This document shows positions 18,513 through 29,562 of a DNA stretch of 64,000 nt, one piece after another; position 1 is the first letter of the stretch, and the number at the start of each line of letters is the position of its first letter. The notes beneath the pieces are model-generated. The model made no database searches and was not told where the DNA came from. It was given only the letters and a program-made list of their open reading frames with translations. The stretch covers positions 1 to 64,000 of the forward strand of contig JBJKQR010000018.1 in the NCBI GenBank assembly GCA_046735395.1, read 5' to 3'. The position numbers and the translations under genes were made by a program. Origin of the DNA: Fidelibacterota bacterium. Lineage in GTDB: Bacteria; Fidelibacterota; Fidelibacteria; Fidelibacterales; DSDE01.

Positions 18513-20621
18513 ATGAAGGAGCTGGAAAAACAGGTTGAAGTTCAGAGTTTCCTGGCAACGCTTCTGTCAAAATTCGTCAGCCTGCCGCCGGAGGATTTCG
18601 AAGGGCTTGCGAAACAGGCGCTGGGGGAGATTGGTCAGTATTTTAAAGCGGACCGTGCTTATATTTTAAATCCGAATGCGGAAGGAAGCTCGTTCTCGCG
18701 CAGCCTGCAATGGCTTCAGAATGAATCGGCATCCGCCTCTGAAGAGGGGCCTGCCCTCAGTGAGCGCTTTCCGCTGTTGGCAAAAAGCTTCCGGGATTTT
18801 CACCATTATTACATTGCAGATACGAGCCGCTGCAGCCGGAAGGAGCGAAGTGACTGTGAAAATCTGAAAAAAGACGGAGTGGCAAGTATTTTCGGGGTGC
18901 CGGTCGTTCTGAACCGAAAACTGGTGGGCGCCCTACTCATTGACTGGACGACAAAGCGGGCGGAACTGAGCGATGAGGATCTGCTGCTTCTGAAAAATGT
19001 GATGAAAACTCTGGCGGGATTCCATTCCTCCAAGTACAGCGATGATCAGCTGCGGCAGATGTCCACGGCCATTGATCAGAGCCCGCTTTCTGTTCTCATA
19101 ACCACCCTGGATGGAATTATCGAGTATGTGAATCCCAAGTTCACGCTGGTCACTGGATATACCCGTGAGGAGGTGCTGGGCAAAACACCGCGTATTCTTA
19201 ATTCCGGTGAGCAGAACCGGGAATTCTACGAGAATCTGTGGCAGACAATTATCCGGGGTGAAACCTGGAGAGGTACTTTTCACAACAGGCGTCGGGATGG
19301 GAGCCTCTTCTGGGAAGATTCCTCCATCGGGCCGATTCGCAACAAGGACGGGGAGATCACTCATTATCTGGCCTTTAAGGAAGATATCAGTGATCAGATC
19401 CAATCTGAACAACGGTTCAGGACACTGTTCCGGCAGAATGAAATGCTGCTGGATTCCTTCCCCGGCATTCTGATTCTCCTCGATAATGCGGAACGGATCC
19501 TTCGCTGGAATGAAGAAGCAGAGCGGGTGTTCGGGCGGAAAGAAAAAGATGTGCAGCTTTTTTCCATCCGCAGCGTATTCAATTCGCCGGACACGGGAAA
19601 AATACTGGCCCGGATCATGCTGTGCGGAGAATCAAAACGGCGTATTTCACTCGAGGATATCAAATATACCCGGCCGGACCGGAAAATGGGGCTTCTGAAC
19701 ATGAATGTGACCCCCCTTTTGCGGGGAAGCACGGATATCGAAGCCTACCTCATCACGGGTGAGGATGTGACGGAAAAACGGCTGACGGAGGAAAAACTGC
19801 GTCAGTCTCTGAAGCTGGAGAGCATCGGGCAGCTGGCCGCGGGGATTGCCCATGAAATCAATACTCCGGCCCAGTTCGTGGGTGATAATATTTACTTTCT
19901 CGAGCAGAATTTCAGGAATATCTTCGCCTTTCTCGACAGAGTTCACGACAGTCTGCGCAGCAGAGAAGATGCGGAGGCACAGATCCTGCTGGAAAAGATG
20001 AAGGTCCTGGATCTGGATTTTCTTTCTACCGAAATTCCCAAGGCGCTTGAACAGTCGCGTGAAGGAATCGTCCGGGTGGGAAAAATCGTCCGCGCCATGA
20101 AGGAGTTCAGCCATCCCGGACAGAAGGAAAAGATGATGACGGATATCAACCGCGCCGTGGAGAATACGGTCATTGTCACGCGTAATGCCTGGAAATACGA
20201 TGCGGAGCTGGAACTGAAGCTGGATGAGAATCTGCGTTCGGTCTCCTGTCTGCCGGATAAATTCAACCAGGCACTGCTGAATATCATTATTAATGCGGCA
20301 GATGCCATTCGGGACATGCGCAATGGAAAGGGGCCGATGGGGAAGATTACCATTCGTACAGGGATGGCGGGTGATATGGCTGAAGTCCGCATCAGCGATA
20401 CGGGACCGGGAATTCCGGAAAATATTCAGGAGCGGATCTTTGATCCCTTTTTTACAACCAAGGACGTGGGCAAAGGTACTGGCCAGGGCCTGGCCATCGC
20501 CTATGATTATATTGTGAATAAACATGATGGGGCTATCCTGCTGGACAGCGAAGAAGGGCGTGGGAGCAGCTTCATCATTCGTATTCCCGCCGGATCGGAT
20601 TTACGGAAGGACAAATTATGA
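18513..20621 (+). CDS. Sensor histidine kinase (GAF-PAS-PAS-HisKA-HATPase)
   Basis: AAGIAHEINTP; FFTTKDVGKGTGQGL; start at MKELEKQ after GGAGG. Confidence 0.9.
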   Translation: MKELEKQVEVQSFLATLLSKFVSLPPEDFEGLAKQALGEIGQYFKADRAYILNPNAEGSSFSRSLQWLQNESASASEEGPALSERFPLLAKSFRDFHHYYIADTSRCSRKERSDCENLKKDGVASIFGVPVVLNRKLVGALLIDWTTKRAELSDEDLLLLKNVMKTLAGFHSSKYSDDQLRQMSTAIDQSPLSVLITTLDGIIEYVNPKFTLVTGYTREEVLGKTPRILNSGEQNREFYENLWQTIIRGETWRGTFHNRRRDGSLFWEDSSIGPIRNKDGEITHYLAFKEDISDQIQSEQRFRTLFRQNEMLLDSFPGILILLDNAERILRWNEEAERVFGRKEKDVQLFSIRSVFNSPDTGKILARIMLCGESKRRISLEDIKYTRPDRKMGLLNMNVTPLLRGSTDIEAYLITGEDVTEKRLTEEKLRQSLKLESIGQLAAGIAHEINTPAQFVGDNIYFLEQNFRNIFAFLDRVHDSLRSREDAEAQILLEKMKVLDLDFLSTEIPKALEQSREGIVRVGKIVRAMKEFSHPGQKEKMMTDINRAVENTVIVTRNAWKYDAELELKLDENLRSVSCLPDKFNQALLNIIINAADAIRDMRNGKGPMGKITIRTGMAGDMAEVRISDTGPGIPENIQERIFDPFFTTKDVGKGTGQGLAIAYDYIVNKHDGAILLDSEEGRGSSFIIRIPAGSDLRKDKL

Positions 20622-21823
20622 AAAACATTCTCTTTGTGGATGATGAGGAAAAGGTCCTGGATGGACTTCGCAGGATGCTGTATTCGCTTCGCCAGGAGTG
20701 GGATATGGGTTTTGTACAGTCTGCAGCGGAGGCATTGGAAGCACTGAAGAAAAAGGAATACGATGTGGTGGTGTCGGATATGAGGATGCCGGGTACGGAC
20801 GGGGCCGAATTGCTGGAAATAGTCAAACAGCAGTATCCGCACACGATCCGCATCATTCTTTCAGGATTTTCCGAAAAGGAACTGATCATGAAATCCGTCC
20901 GCCCCTCGCACCAGTTTCTCACGAAGCCCATTGACGCGAATAATCTGAAAAAGGTCATTGACCGGGCGATCCGGCTTCACGCGATTCTGCGCAGTGAAAA
21001 GATCAAGGATGTGATCAGCCGCCTGGAAAACCTTCCCAGTATGCCGGAAATATATACAAAGATCATGTCGCTGCTGGCGTCGCCGGACACCTCCATCAAG
21101 GATATCGCTCTCCTCGTGAAAAAGGATATGGGAATGACCGCGCAGGTTCTGAAACTTGTCAATTCCTCCTATTTCGGATTTTATAAGAAAATTACGGATC
21201 CGGTGGAAGCGGCTGTTCTTCTGGGGATGAATACGCTGAAAACCCTGGCGCTTTCCTATAATATCTTTTCCCGGATTCCGGATGTGCACTATGAGGGATT
21301 TTCCTACCATCACCTCTGGGAACACAGTACGCTGAGCGCGGTAATTGCCCGTGATATCATGCGGCAGGTGAGCATGGATGAGCACGATGTGGATGATGCC
21401 TTTACCGCCGGATTCCTTCACGATATCGGTTTCCTGATCCTGGCGTCCACCATACCGAAAACCTACCGGGAAATACTGGAATTATCCGAAAAGGAGGGAA
21501 TCCCGATCTGGACGGCGGAAACGCGTATTCTGGGCGCGAATCATGCGGAGATCGGGGCATACCTGCTGGGACTTTGGGGGTTTGATGACAATCTGGTGCA
21601 TGCCATTCTCCATCATCACAAACCTTTTGAATATGACGAGGGAGGCAGCAGTCTGACGTCAATTCTTCATGTGTCGGATGTGCTGTCGCGCCAGCATGTC
21701 TGCGTGGAAGGCCCCATGGCCTATCATATCCCGGAGGAAAAATTCCGCCCCAACGGACCCTTTCATGGTGAATTTCTGCGCTGGAAAAAAATCGCGGACC
21801 TGCGGACTGAAAATGATAACTGA
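20618..21823 (+). CDS. Response regulator, REC-HDOD
   Basis: LFVDDE, SDMRMP, LPSMP, VLKLVNSSYFG, GFLHDIG, HAEIGAYLLGLWG. Confidence 0.92.
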   Translation: MKNILFVDDEEKVLDGLRRMLYSLRQEWDMGFVQSAAEALEALKKKEYDVVVSDMRMPGTDGAELLEIVKQQYPHTIRIILSGFSEKELIMKSVRPSHQFLTKPIDANNLKKVIDRAIRLHAILRSEKIKDVISRLENLPSMPEIYTKIMSLLASPDTSIKDIALLVKKDMGMTAQVLKLVNSSYFGFYKKITDPVEAAVLLGMNTLKTLALSYNIFSRIPDVHYEGFSYHHLWEHSTLSAVIARDIMRQVSMDEHDVDDAFTAGFLHDIGFLILASTIPKTYREILELSEKEGIPIWTAETRILGANHAEIGAYLLGLWGFDDNLVHAILHHHKPFEYDEGGSSLTSILHVSDVLSRQHVCVEGPMAYHIPEEKFRPNGPFHGEFLRWKKIADLRTENDN

Positions 21824-21996
21824 AGCCGTGACATCGAGATACAGCTGATAAATTTGCGGTAAAAGCGGATGGAAACCCTGCGAGAGGCCATTCTTCCTGC
21901 CGACCCGCCCGCTTACTGACCATCCGACCGTTTTCATCATCAACATCCTGCCATTCATACAGGAATTTCGTACATTCCGGAAATTATGGAGACGCT

Positions 21997-22779
21997 GTGG
22001 ATAAAATAAAGAATACGGATCTGAGCGGAGACGGATTTCAGCGCAGCGGCCAGATTCTGGCCCTGGATTTTGACGGTGTGGTGGCGGACAGTATCCGGGA
22101 ATGTCTGGTTGTCGCCTACAATGCCTTTCATGAAAAATCCCTGATCCGGAATCTGGAGGACATGAATGAGCGGACAGCCGGCGAGGCGCGACGCATCCGG
22201 AATTACATCCGGCACAGTGAGGATTACCTCTATATATTCCTTGCGCTGCAGGACGGCGTGCGCATTGAGGATCAGGATGAATTTGACACCTTCAGCCAGA
22301 GCCGGGAGAGCCGGCGCAGGGGCTATCGCGAGGCGTTCTATCAATACAGAACGGATCTGCTGCAGCGGGACCGTCCCCAATGGCTTGCTCTGAACCCCCT
22401 TTTTCCGGGGATGAGTGAATTTCTGAAGACCTATGAAGAACTACATCAGCTATATATTGTATCGACGAAAAAGAAGGAATTCATATGGGAAATCCTTCAG
22501 GAGGCCGGAATCCGATTTCTGCCCGATCATATCCGGTCAGCCACGGCGGAGGTCAGCAAGAATGACATATTGAACGAGATTGTATCCGAATCCGGCAAAG
22601 AGGCTGCCAGCCTGCATTTCATAGATGATCAGGTGGATATGCTCAGACACGCGCAGACAGTCGGAGTGCACTGTTATCATGCCGGATGGGGCTACTGCAG
22701 CGAGGAACAGAAGGCTCTGGCCCGGCAGCTGCATATTCCGGTGCTGGCCCTTGATGAATTTTATACCCGTTTTTCCTGA
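21997..22779 (+). CDS. HAD-superfamily hydrolase
   Basis: ALDFDGVVADS, IVSTK, FIDD, AGWGY. Confidence 0.85.
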   Translation: MDKIKNTDLSGDGFQRSGQILALDFDGVVADSIRECLVVAYNAFHEKSLIRNLEDMNERTAGEARRIRNYIRHSEDYLYIFLALQDGVRIEDQDEFDTFSQSRESRRRGYREAFYQYRTDLLQRDRPQWLALNPLFPGMSEFLKTYEELHQLYIVSTKKKEFIWEILQEAGIRFLPDHIRSATAEVSKNDILNEIVSESGKEAASLHFIDDQVDMLRHAQTVGVHCYHAGWGYCSEEQKALARQLHIPVLALDEFYTRFS

Positions 22780-22929
22780 AAATCAGATTGACAAATTTTT
22801 AAAATAATTGATGAAATGGACTGAAAAACCACTTCAAGTTCCGGAATAAGTCTTGATTCCGGACAGGGTTTTTGTAATTTCACCGTGCTGTGAAGAGCAG
22901 GATGAACATAGCAGGCTCCGGCAGGTAAA

Positions 22930-24705
22930 ATGAAGGCACGAAACAGGAAATGGAATATTGCCGAGCGTACCGTATTCTGGTATATGCTGGTAGCCATGGC
23001 CTGGATCATATTTTCGGATAATCTCGCGGCGCTGATTGCCCGGGATGACGCACAGCTGGTATTCATATCTTCGCTGAAGGGTGTGATGTTTGTCGTGGTG
23101 ACCGGCGGTCTGCTTTACGTGCTGCTCCGGCGGCAGCTCATGGAACTGGTGACGCTCAATCGAAACCTGAATTCCACGCGGATACGGCTACAGGCCGTCC
23201 TGGACTCGGCGCCCATTGCGATAATGGCTCTGGATCCGCAGGGAAATGTGATCGTCTGGAACAATGGCGCCGAACGCATCTTCGGATGGAAGAGCGAAGA
23301 GGCCGTGGGAAAATTTCTTCCCTATCTTCGTAAGGATGAAACATCACAGTTCGAAATTATCAGGGATCAGATTATCCAGGGTAAATCACTTCACAATGTG
23401 GAGATTCGGCGGCATAACCGGGATGGCCAGGAAGTGGAATTAAGCATCAGCGTGGCTCCCTATCGGGATGAGGACGGGAAGATTGCCGGAATTCTGGCCA
23501 TTGGTGAGGATATAACCCAGACCCGGAATCTGAAGATCGAGAATGAAAAGCTTTCCCGGCAGTTTTATCAGGCTCAGAAAATGGAGAGCATCGGTCAGCT
23601 GGCCGGTGGGATTGCTCATGATTTCAACAATCTGCTGGTTCCCATCATGGGATATGCACAGATGACACGGTCAAAGATCAAGGAAGACCGGCATCTCGAT
23701 GCCTATCTGGCCCAGATTGAGAAAGCTGCAGAACGGGCCTCAAATCTGACTCGACAGATCCTGGCCTACAGCCGGCAGCAGGTTCTCGAAATGAAGAGTG
23801 TGGATCTGAATACCCTGATCGGTGAATATCAGAATATGCTGACACGCATCATCGGCGAAACGATAAAGCTGGATTTTATACAGCATGGAAATCTGAAATC
23901 TGTTCTGGCAGATGCGGGACAGATTGAGCAGGTTCTTCTGAATCTGGTTGTCAATGCCCGGGATGCCATGCCCGACGGCGGAAAATTGATTATTGAAACG
24001 GATATGGTTACGCTGGATGAGGCCTATTGTAATGATCATGATGGTGTGAAACCCGGCGATTATTGTCTTCTTGCTGTCAGCGATACCGGAATGGGCATGG
24101 GGAAGGACGAGATCGGGAAAATCTTTGATCCCTTTTATACTACGAAGGAAAAAGGGCAGGGAACCGGATTGGGTCTGGCCACGGTATTCGGGATTGTCCG
24201 TCAGCATAACGGGCATATCTGGGTGTACAGCGAAGCCGGACAGGGCAGCACTTTTAAAATTTATCTCCCCGTGTCACAGAATGAACTGGATACGGATACG
24301 GAGGAAACCGAATATACGGGAACGATGGAAGGACACGAGACTATCCTTGTAGCAGAAGATGATGTTGCGGTGAGAGAGGTTGTCCTGAATAATCTGATGG
24401 AATATGGATACAATGTTCTGGAGGCCTCCTCCGGAAAGGACGCGCTGTCCATAGTGACCGAACTCGATGGAAAAATCGATATATTGCTGACCGATGTGAT
24501 CCTGCCGAAGATGAACGGAAAAGAATTGTACTCGAAAATATCAGAGAAATATCCGGCAATCCCGGTGCTTTTCATGTCCGGATATACGAATAATGTCATC
24601 GCCCATCACGGGGTTCTGGATGCCGGTGTAAACTTTATTCAGAAACCGTTCCGAAGCGAAGATCTGCTCAGGCGGCTGCGTCAGGTGCTGCAGAGCAGTA
24701 ACTGA
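22930..24705 (+). CDS. Hybrid sensor histidine kinase (2TM-PAS-HisKA-HATPase-REC)
   Basis: AGGIAHDFNN, NLVVNARDAMP, GTGLGL, receiver domain. Confidence 0.92.
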   Translation: MKARNRKWNIAERTVFWYMLVAMAWIIFSDNLAALIARDDAQLVFISSLKGVMFVVVTGGLLYVLLRRQLMELVTLNRNLNSTRIRLQAVLDSAPIAIMALDPQGNVIVWNNGAERIFGWKSEEAVGKFLPYLRKDETSQFEIIRDQIIQGKSLHNVEIRRHNRDGQEVELSISVAPYRDEDGKIAGILAIGEDITQTRNLKIENEKLSRQFYQAQKMESIGQLAGGIAHDFNNLLVPIMGYAQMTRSKIKEDRHLDAYLAQIEKAAERASNLTRQILAYSRQQVLEMKSVDLNTLIGEYQNMLTRIIGETIKLDFIQHGNLKSVLADAGQIEQVLLNLVVNARDAMPDGGKLIIETDMVTLDEAYCNDHDGVKPGDYCLLAVSDTGMGMGKDEIGKIFDPFYTTKEKGQGTGLGLATVFGIVRQHNGHIWVYSEAGQGSTFKIYLPVSQNELDTDTEETEYTGTMEGHETILVAEDDVAVREVVLNNLMEYGYNVLEASSGKDALSIVTELDGKIDILLTDVILPKMNGKELYSKISEKYPAIPVLFMSGYTNNVIAHHGVLDAGVNFIQKPFRSEDLLRRLRQVLQSSN

Positions 24706-24708
24706 GAC

Positions 24709-27700
24709 TTAGGCCAGCAGGGTTTTTTCTACTGAATTTTTAATTTTTCGAATAAAATCACGTTTCCAGTGTTTGCCCAGATGCTTCTCGGCAAGCCAGA
24801 CGATGAGATGTTTTCCGGAAACGGAGACGGATTCGTTGATTTTTGACAAACCCATGACGCAGGACGGGCAGGCCGTGAGGACCTCCTGATGTGAGGCGGT
24901 TGAACAGCTGCGGATATGATCAAGTTTTCGGTCGCGGAGCGTATTGGAGATGTGAGGTGTGGCCAGGGCCATAGTCCCGCCGTCACCGCAGCAGTTCGGG
25001 GGAGCCTGGGCTTCCTGTCCGATGAGATCCACGAAGATCTGCTGGTAATTATCCTCCCTGAGAGAGCTGTGACAGGGTTCATGAAACAGGACCGGATCCG
25101 TAGTCTCAATGGGGCTCAGCAGCCCTGTATCGTGAAGATAGGCACTCACATCCCGCAGACGGCTCTCTTTGAATATATTCTGCAGATCATAACTTTCCAG
25201 CATTTCATAACAGGTTCCGCAGCTGACAAGGACGGCTTCGATATTCATATAATCAGCCAGATAGGCAATACGGTGAAAGCGCAGCGTATTGTCGGCCTTG
25301 ATCTTTTCAGCCCGGATGATATTCCCGGATGCTTTATATGGATAGCCGCAGCAGCTGTATTCGGGCGGAATGATGACGCGAACACCGCTTTCCCACAGCA
25401 TGGCCAGAGCGGCGATGCTGATATCCGGAAACATCCGTTCCGATCCGCAGCCGGGAAAATAAAAGACGGAATGGACCAGGTCCGAATCAGGACGGACGAA
25501 GGTGTAGAGCATGTTCCGGTCACGAAGTCCCAGAATTTCGCGCAGCGAGGGTGAGCCGGTTTTCGGAAAGCGCCCCCGAAGGAGGGCGGCTGTGTGTGGT
25601 ATGATTTTTTCACTGAAATGGCGGAAGGGGCGATTCAGGGCATGGGCCAGACGCTGGGCATTGAAGGCGAAGCGGAAGAGAGCCCAACGCCAGAGTTTTC
25701 CCGTGAAATAGCCTTTACTGCTCAGAAAACGGTAGCTGAGGGCCGTGGCGAGGTGACGCGGTGCTCTTTTTCGCTCGGTCATGAGCCGGCGTATTCTCAG
25801 TGTTACCTCTCCGAAATCGATATTGACAGGACAGGGGAGCTGGCACTTATGACAGAGGGTGCAGTGGCCGGCGATTTCGGTGAGTTTTTCGAAATGGCGA
25901 AAACTGAGCTGTTTGGACGTGAGCACATCATAGAGGACCGCCTCAATGATCAGTCCGAGAGCGAGAATTTTATTCCGGGGGTTGTAAAGCATATTCCCCT
26001 TGGGGAAATGGGTATTGCAGACGCCCTTGCAGCGTCCGCAGCGCACGCAGTTTGCAATGGATTCGGAAAGACCGTGAAGATCCATGGCTGCGAGGGCAAA
26101 GGCCTCGATTTCCAGAAGATTGAAACTGGGTGTGTACACATGGTCAAAGGGGAAGTCCCGGCGAAGCTTTCCCGGATTGAATAGATCTTCCGGATCCGCC
26201 TCCGCCTTGTAAACGGCGTAATCACGGAGAATATCGTCATCGAGATATTTGAGTTTAGTGATACCGATCCCGTGTTCACCGCTGACTACGCCCCCCAGGC
26301 GCCGGGTTTCGGCCATAATCCTGTCTACGGCATCATTGGCATCCTTCATCATCTGCGCATCGGATGATAGAACCGGTATATTGACATGAGAATTTCCGTC
26401 ACCGGCATGCATATGGGTCGCAATCACGATTTTCCGGCGCTGCTCGCGGCTGAGCAGGTCACGGAAGCTTTTCAATACCGTTTCATGATTATGGAAAATG
26501 CTGATGAATTCATCCTGAACCTGGCTCTGAAAGGCCACGATGTCCGGATTCCGGCCCAGAAGCTTGAAAAGCGGGCCTGCGGTGGGGTCCGCCTCCGGGA
26601 ATAAATCGACGGAGGGCGAATCGAGCGACTTCAGGCAGCGAATGTGCAGATCCTGCAGGGTCAGAAGATTTTCGCAGTAGCGATCCAGTTTGCCGCGGGG
26701 AAATTTTTCCAGTGGATAGGCGCTGAGACTGGCGGTGAATTTGAGAAGCAGTGTCAGGAGATTGAGCTGATTCTGCAACTCTTTTTCAACATTCAGACGA
26801 TCGATGAAATCGGTAAAATCAGGCAGACTTTCGAGAGGAATGACGATGTCTTCATTCAGCTTGAAGGCATTGGTATGGCGGGCAATGGCGCCCAGGTTCT
26901 TCCTGTCCTTCCAGAAGGCAGTGCGTTCTGCGCTGCTTTCGGCGATAAAGGCTTCGGTTTCGTAGATTTCCATCCGCTTCACGATGTCCTGACAGGCGCT
27001 GTCCAGTGCCTCCGGATCGTGACTTTCCACATCGATGATCAGGACGGCCTTGGGATTCTCGCGGCGGCTGCCCTTGTTGTCATAACCGATGGCCTGCACG
27101 TATTTATCGTCGAAATGCTCCAGAGCCGTGAGAACGACGCCGTTCCCGGGGCTGAACTGTTCGCGGATTTCCACGATGGCCCGGGCGGCATTTTTCATAT
27201 CCGAACCGAAAAATTCCAGACAGAGAGTCCGGGCGTGGCTGAAGGGTTCGTACAGCACAAAGCGGGCTGAGCTGATGATGCCGTCCCCGCCTTCCTTCTG
27301 AATACCCGGGAGGCCTTTCAGGGCTTTATTGGTAATATCCTTTCCCAGGCCTTTTCGGCGGATATCGCTGCTGTGCAGATCAATGCTGTGGGAAAAGCGT
27401 TCCGTATCCGTATCATGTAGGCGAAACACGTCAAAACTGACCTTGTCACCATCGTGGATTTTACGCCAGGGATGATCACGGCGGCGAACGATCAGAGTTT
27501 CCGCGTCCGCATTGATAATGCGGAAATCATAAATATTGTCAATGCATGTGCCCCACATGACACATTTTTTACCGCCGGCATTCTCGGCAATATTGCCGCC
27601 GATGGTGGATGCCCAGGCCGATGTCGGGTCGGTGGCAAATACATAACCGGCTGCCGCGCAATGTTCCGCAACCGTATCGGTGACGGCTCCGCTTTCCACT

Positions 27701-28416
27701 TCAATGACAGGACGGGGCACTTCTTTCCCGGATATCCACTGTATGTCACTGATTCGGGAGAGTTTTTCCGTATTGATGACAACTGTATCATGATGAAGGG
27801 GAATGGCGCCTCCGGTCAGGCCGGTTCCGCCGCCACGGGCAATGATGTGCAGGCCGGCTTTCCGCGCCTGGCGAACCAGGCCGGGAAGTTCCTCAACGCG
27901 ATCGGGATAGACGACACATTCGGGGTAGGCGATGCGCCAGTCCGTGGCATCCGTCGCGTGGGTGACGAGATGAAAGGCGGAAAAGCGGATATTCCGCAGT
28001 GCCGTGGCTGAACCGAGAGCACGCCGGATGCTTCGTTTCCGCTGTTCGAACCGGTCGAAGCGCAGATAAAAACGGTCCAGCGCTTCACGGGTGCGGGCCA
28101 GGAGACGGGAAACCCGTTCCTTGTTGCCCGCATGACGCTGAATCGTTGTCAGGCGTTTTCGGTGGGAGCTGCGCAGAGCACGCAGTTTGGATGGATGATC
28201 TATGAAATCATAGAATACGTAGGGGTTGCGGTCAATGAGAAAAAGATCTCCGTAAATTTCCAGCAGCATTTTTGCGCTGCGGCCGGTAATGCGCTCGTCC
28301 CGCAGAGACTCAAAAATAGACCATGTTTCTGCATCGGCATAGCGTACGATGATTTCCCTGTCTGTCAGGGACGTGTAATTATAGGGAATTTCCCTCCCCG
28401 GGATCTGATCTGTCAT
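24709..28416 (-). CDS. FAD-linked oxidase / Fe-S oxidoreductase (DUF3683 + GlcD-like + 4Fe-4S + CCG domains)
   Basis: REIPYNYTS, RGGGTGLTGG, HAGDGN, SGEHGIG, CVRCGRC..C, CTLCHKC..CP, CCG motifs. Confidence 0.88.
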   Translation of the reverse strand: MTDQIPGREIPYNYTSLTDREIIVRYADAETWSIFESLRDERITGRSAKMLLEIYGDLFLIDRNPYVFYDFIDHPSKLRALRSSHRKRLTTIQRHAGNKERVSRLLARTREALDRFYLRFDRFEQRKRSIRRALGSATALRNIRFSAFHLVTHATDATDWRIAYPECVVYPDRVEELPGLVRQARKAGLHIIARGGGTGLTGGAIPLHHDTVVINTEKLSRISDIQWISGKEVPRPVIEVESGAVTDTVAEHCAAAGYVFATDPTSAWASTIGGNIAENAGGKKCVMWGTCIDNIYDFRIINADAETLIVRRRDHPWRKIHDGDKVSFDVFRLHDTDTERFSHSIDLHSSDIRRKGLGKDITNKALKGLPGIQKEGGDGIISSARFVLYEPFSHARTLCLEFFGSDMKNAARAIVEIREQFSPGNGVVLTALEHFDDKYVQAIGYDNKGSRRENPKAVLIIDVESHDPEALDSACQDIVKRMEIYETEAFIAESSAERTAFWKDRKNLGAIARHTNAFKLNEDIVIPLESLPDFTDFIDRLNVEKELQNQLNLLTLLLKFTASLSAYPLEKFPRGKLDRYCENLLTLQDLHIRCLKSLDSPSVDLFPEADPTAGPLFKLLGRNPDIVAFQSQVQDEFISIFHNHETVLKSFRDLLSREQRRKIVIATHMHAGDGNSHVNIPVLSSDAQMMKDANDAVDRIMAETRRLGGVVSGEHGIGITKLKYLDDDILRDYAVYKAEADPEDLFNPGKLRRDFPFDHVYTPSFNLLEIEAFALAAMDLHGLSESIANCVRCGRCKGVCNTHFPKGNMLYNPRNKILALGLIIEAVLYDVLTSKQLSFRHFEKLTEIAGHCTLCHKCQLPCPVNIDFGEVTLRIRRLMTERKRAPRHLATALSYRFLSSKGYFTGKLWRWALFRFAFNAQRLAHALNRPFRHFSEKIIPHTAALLRGRFPKTGSPSLREILGLRDRNMLYTFVRPDSDLVHSVFYFPGCGSERMFPDISIAALAMLWESGVRVIIPPEYSCCGYPYKASGNIIRAEKIKADNTLRFHRIAYLADYMNIEAVLVSCGTCYEMLESYDLQNIFKESRLRDVSAYLHDTGLLSPIETTDPVLFHEPCHSSLREDNYQQIFVDLIGQEAQAPPNCCGDGGTMALATPHISNTLRDRKLDHIRSCSTASHQEVLTACPSCVMGLSKINESVSVSGKHLIVWLAEKHLGKHWKRDFIRKIKNSVEKTLLA

Positions 28417-28529
28417 GCTCAAAAGATACAGCGATTAGGGAACTAGTGAAATGCTTTTCTCTTAAAAAGTAAGATTCCCGAACCAACTTGTGAATACCTG
28501 CTGTACGAATGATAAGAACGGTGTGTTGC

Positions 28530-29390
28530 GGGAGGGTTAGCGGGCTGGCGGGTTGATGCGTAGATGAGTTGACGCGTAGACGGGTAGATGAGTAGATGGG
28601 GAAGAAACGGAACATGTAGAGCGGTAGAGTAGTAAAGTGGTAGAGTTGGGAAGAAACGAAGAAGCTGCCCCTATGGAATTTCACCCTTCTTGAGGCCTAC
28701 TCGCTACTCGTTACTCGATACTCGTTACTGTCGAAGTGAAACGAAGACGGGCTACTCGATACTCGTTACTCGCTACTAAGCGAAGTGGAACGAAGACGGG
28801 CGGATCAGGTCCGCAATGACATTTGCGCAAGGATTTTGTGATTCCTCTTTGTTTTGGAGCATAAGAAAAACAGGATTTTAGAGAAGGAGCGTTTATGAAT
28901 TTAAACAGGGTCGCAGTGCAGCCGTTAAGAATCTATTCGGCCTGGCTTTGCAGGCATCGAGAGATTCAGGCGGAACGGAGGCCCTGTCCCTGTTTTTCTT
29001 CAGCTCCTGATTCTTTTTGTTTCTTTTTCTGATCAAGCAGAAAAAGAAAGAGGGATTTGGATTGATCAAAGTGTTGACGCGTAGACGGGTAGACGAGTAG
29101 ACAGGGAAGAAACGAGAAACTGTCCTGCTATGGAATATCGCAGCACCCTCTTGATATTTTCTTCCCTGCCGCGGCGTAGCTGAGCGAAGCGAAACGGAGA
29201 CGGGCCTGCCTCCTGGCGACTGGCGTCTGCAATCTGTTCGCCACTCGCTTGCCGCGTTGAAGTACTCCGAAGCCGCCGAAAGGTGGCGAAGGAGTACGAA
29301 GACGGGCTACTCGATACTCGTTACTCGCTACTAAGCGAAGTGAAACGATGACGGGTTCCTCGATACTGGCGCAGCGAAACGGGCCTGCAG
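28530..29390 (-). repeat. Mosaic intergenic repeat island B (inverted relative to A and C)
   Basis: Reverse-complement copies of the same modules; 29105-29139 is the exact reverse complement of 17986-18020. Confidence 0.85.
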
Positions 29391-29514
29391 CCTGAAAATT
29401 GTATCTCACGCGGGCAACACTGTCGTGTCGGCTAACGACAGCTTTGGACCTATCACAAATATAGGTAATGGTAAATCATATTAATTTACAATGTGTTAGG
29501 ATGCTGTTGGAGTT

Positions 29515-29530
29515 TGGCATGTGTCTTGAA
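29515..29530 (+). promoter_or_regulatory. Putative sigma54 -24/-12 promoter
   Basis: TGGCATG-tgtc-TTGA shortly before the start of the gene at 29563; AT-rich tract and CGACA half-sites upstream. Confidence 0.45.
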
Positions 29531-29562
29531 CTACCAGACCTGAACAAATGAAAGGATGAGTT

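Noticed and set aside
28698..28800. Hairpin units alternating with about 27-bp intervals as a mini-CRISPR
   Set aside because: The intervals are TACTCGN microsatellite rather than unique spacers, and the units are degenerate and irregularly spaced.
28895..29032. 45-aa ORF with a GAAGGAG RBS inside island B
   Set aside because: It coincides with the long stem-loop and has no protein-like features; the structure explains the sequence better.
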